From Bacillus subtilis subsp. subtilis str. 168 (lineage in GTDB: Bacteria; Bacillota; Bacilli; Bacillales; Bacillaceae): a stretch of DNA of 32,000 nt. Location: the NCBI RefSeq assembly GCF_000009045.1, contig NC_000964.3:1830001-1862000 (forward strand), given 5' to 3'. The position numbers were made by a program, and so were the translations under genes. The notes below the pieces were generated by a model that ran no database searches, was not told the origin of the DNA, and worked only from the letters and a program-made list of their open reading frames with translations. This document shows, one piece after another, positions 31,384-32,000 of this stretch. Each line of letters opens with the position of its first letter. The stretch's first letter is position 1.

Positions 31384-32000
31384 TTATTGGCCGGGAACGG
31401 AATTTTCTGCGTTGACAGCGCCCGCTCCGTAGATATTCGGATCTTCATCTTTCCATTTGTCCGTGCCGTTTTTCAAAAGCTCTTTTACTTCATCAGGGGT
31501 AAGATCCGGGTTTTGCTGAAGAATTAAAGCTGCGATTCCTGCGCAAATCGGTGTTGCCATCGAGGTTCCTGACATTGTAAAGTACTGAGACCCTACACGG
31601 CTTGACTTTTGGAGCTTATCAATATAAGAATTCGGAGAGCGAAGGGAAATAATATTAACACCCGGCGCTAAAATATCGGGCTTTTCTTTCCCGTATACTG
31701 TCGGGCCGCGGCTTGAGAAGGAAGCGACAGTATCATCATCGCTGCTTGCAGTATTGTTATCGTCAAGCGCACCTACTGTAATCACCTTTTCGCTCACGCC
31801 CGGGCTTGCAATGGTCTGCGAATCAGGGCCTGAGTTTCCGGCAGCGACACAGACGACAATCCCTGCGCTCCACGCTTCCTCAACCGCTCTGACTAACGGA
31901 TCTTCCTGTTCATGATCATATCTAAGGGCATCGCCCCCGAGCGACATGCTCATAATATCAATCGGTTCATCGGGGTTGTCCTCATTGTATTGAATACACC
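31384..32000 (-). CDS. aprX: Subtilisin-family serine protease AprX, C-terminal part (partial; frame open at right edge)
   Basis: MSGTSMATPICAGIAALIL with Ser codon 31563-31561; VVCVAAGNSGPDS oxyanion Asn region; reading frame continues upstream of 31953 (CIQYNEDNPDEPIDIMSMSLGG). Confidence 0.9.
   Translation of the reverse strand, partial: CIQYNEDNPDEPIDIMSMSLGGDALRYDHEQEDPLVRAVEEAWSAGIVVCVAAGNSGPDSQTIASPGVSEKVITVGALDDNNTASSDDDTVASFSSRGPTVYGKEKPDILAPGVNIISLRSPNSYIDKLQKSSRVGSQYFTMSGTSMATPICAGIAALILQQNPDLTPDEVKELLKNGTDKWKDEDPNIYGAGAVNAENSVPGQ

Noticed and set aside
30965-31432. 155-aa plus-strand ORF across ymaE start and aprX end
   Set aside because: Crosses the convincing minus-strand aprX terminator and contains its reverse complement (NEKTGSSAERELPAFDD); spurious.
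1-32000. CRISPR array, tRNA, rRNA or defence system
   Set aside because: No regularly spaced short repeats or RNA gene signatures seen; the sequence repeats are PKS domain homology.
1-32000. Claim of a wholly undescribed biosynthetic system
   Set aside because: Gene order, domain order and tailoring P450 match the known bacillaene (pks) cluster of B. subtilis; novelty is limited to details listed in findings.

Overview
The window is the distal part of a very large trans-AT PKS/NRPS operon. From established knowledge I identify it as the Bacillus subtilis pks (bacillaene) cluster, with its downstream neighbours. On the + strand are the 3' end of pksM (open at the left edge), all of pksN (C-A-PCP, then KS-DH-KR-ACP, KS-DH-KR-ACP, KS-DH-KR) and all of pksR (MT-ACP, KS-DH-like-ACP, KS-ACP-TE). 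A GC-rich hairpin then separates the operon from convergent minus-strand genes: pksS (cytochrome P450), ymzB-like, ymaE-like (metallo-beta-lactamase-fold) and the 3' part of aprX (subtilisin-family protease, open at the right edge). No AT domains occur in the PKS modules. No mobile element, CRISPR array, tRNA or rRNA was recognised. The cluster itself is known. The more interesting details are: a paired helical docking motif across the pksM/pksN overlap, which depends on using the upstream pksN start; a KS with His replaced by Ala followed by an Asn-for-Asp DH-like (enoyl-isomerase type) domain in PksR; a module split between PksN and PksR; two near-duplicate modules in PksN; a KR with an Asn-to-Cys change at Tyr+4; and several start-site and promoter refinements. 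Domain boundaries are approximate; motif-residue coordinates were read codon by codon.
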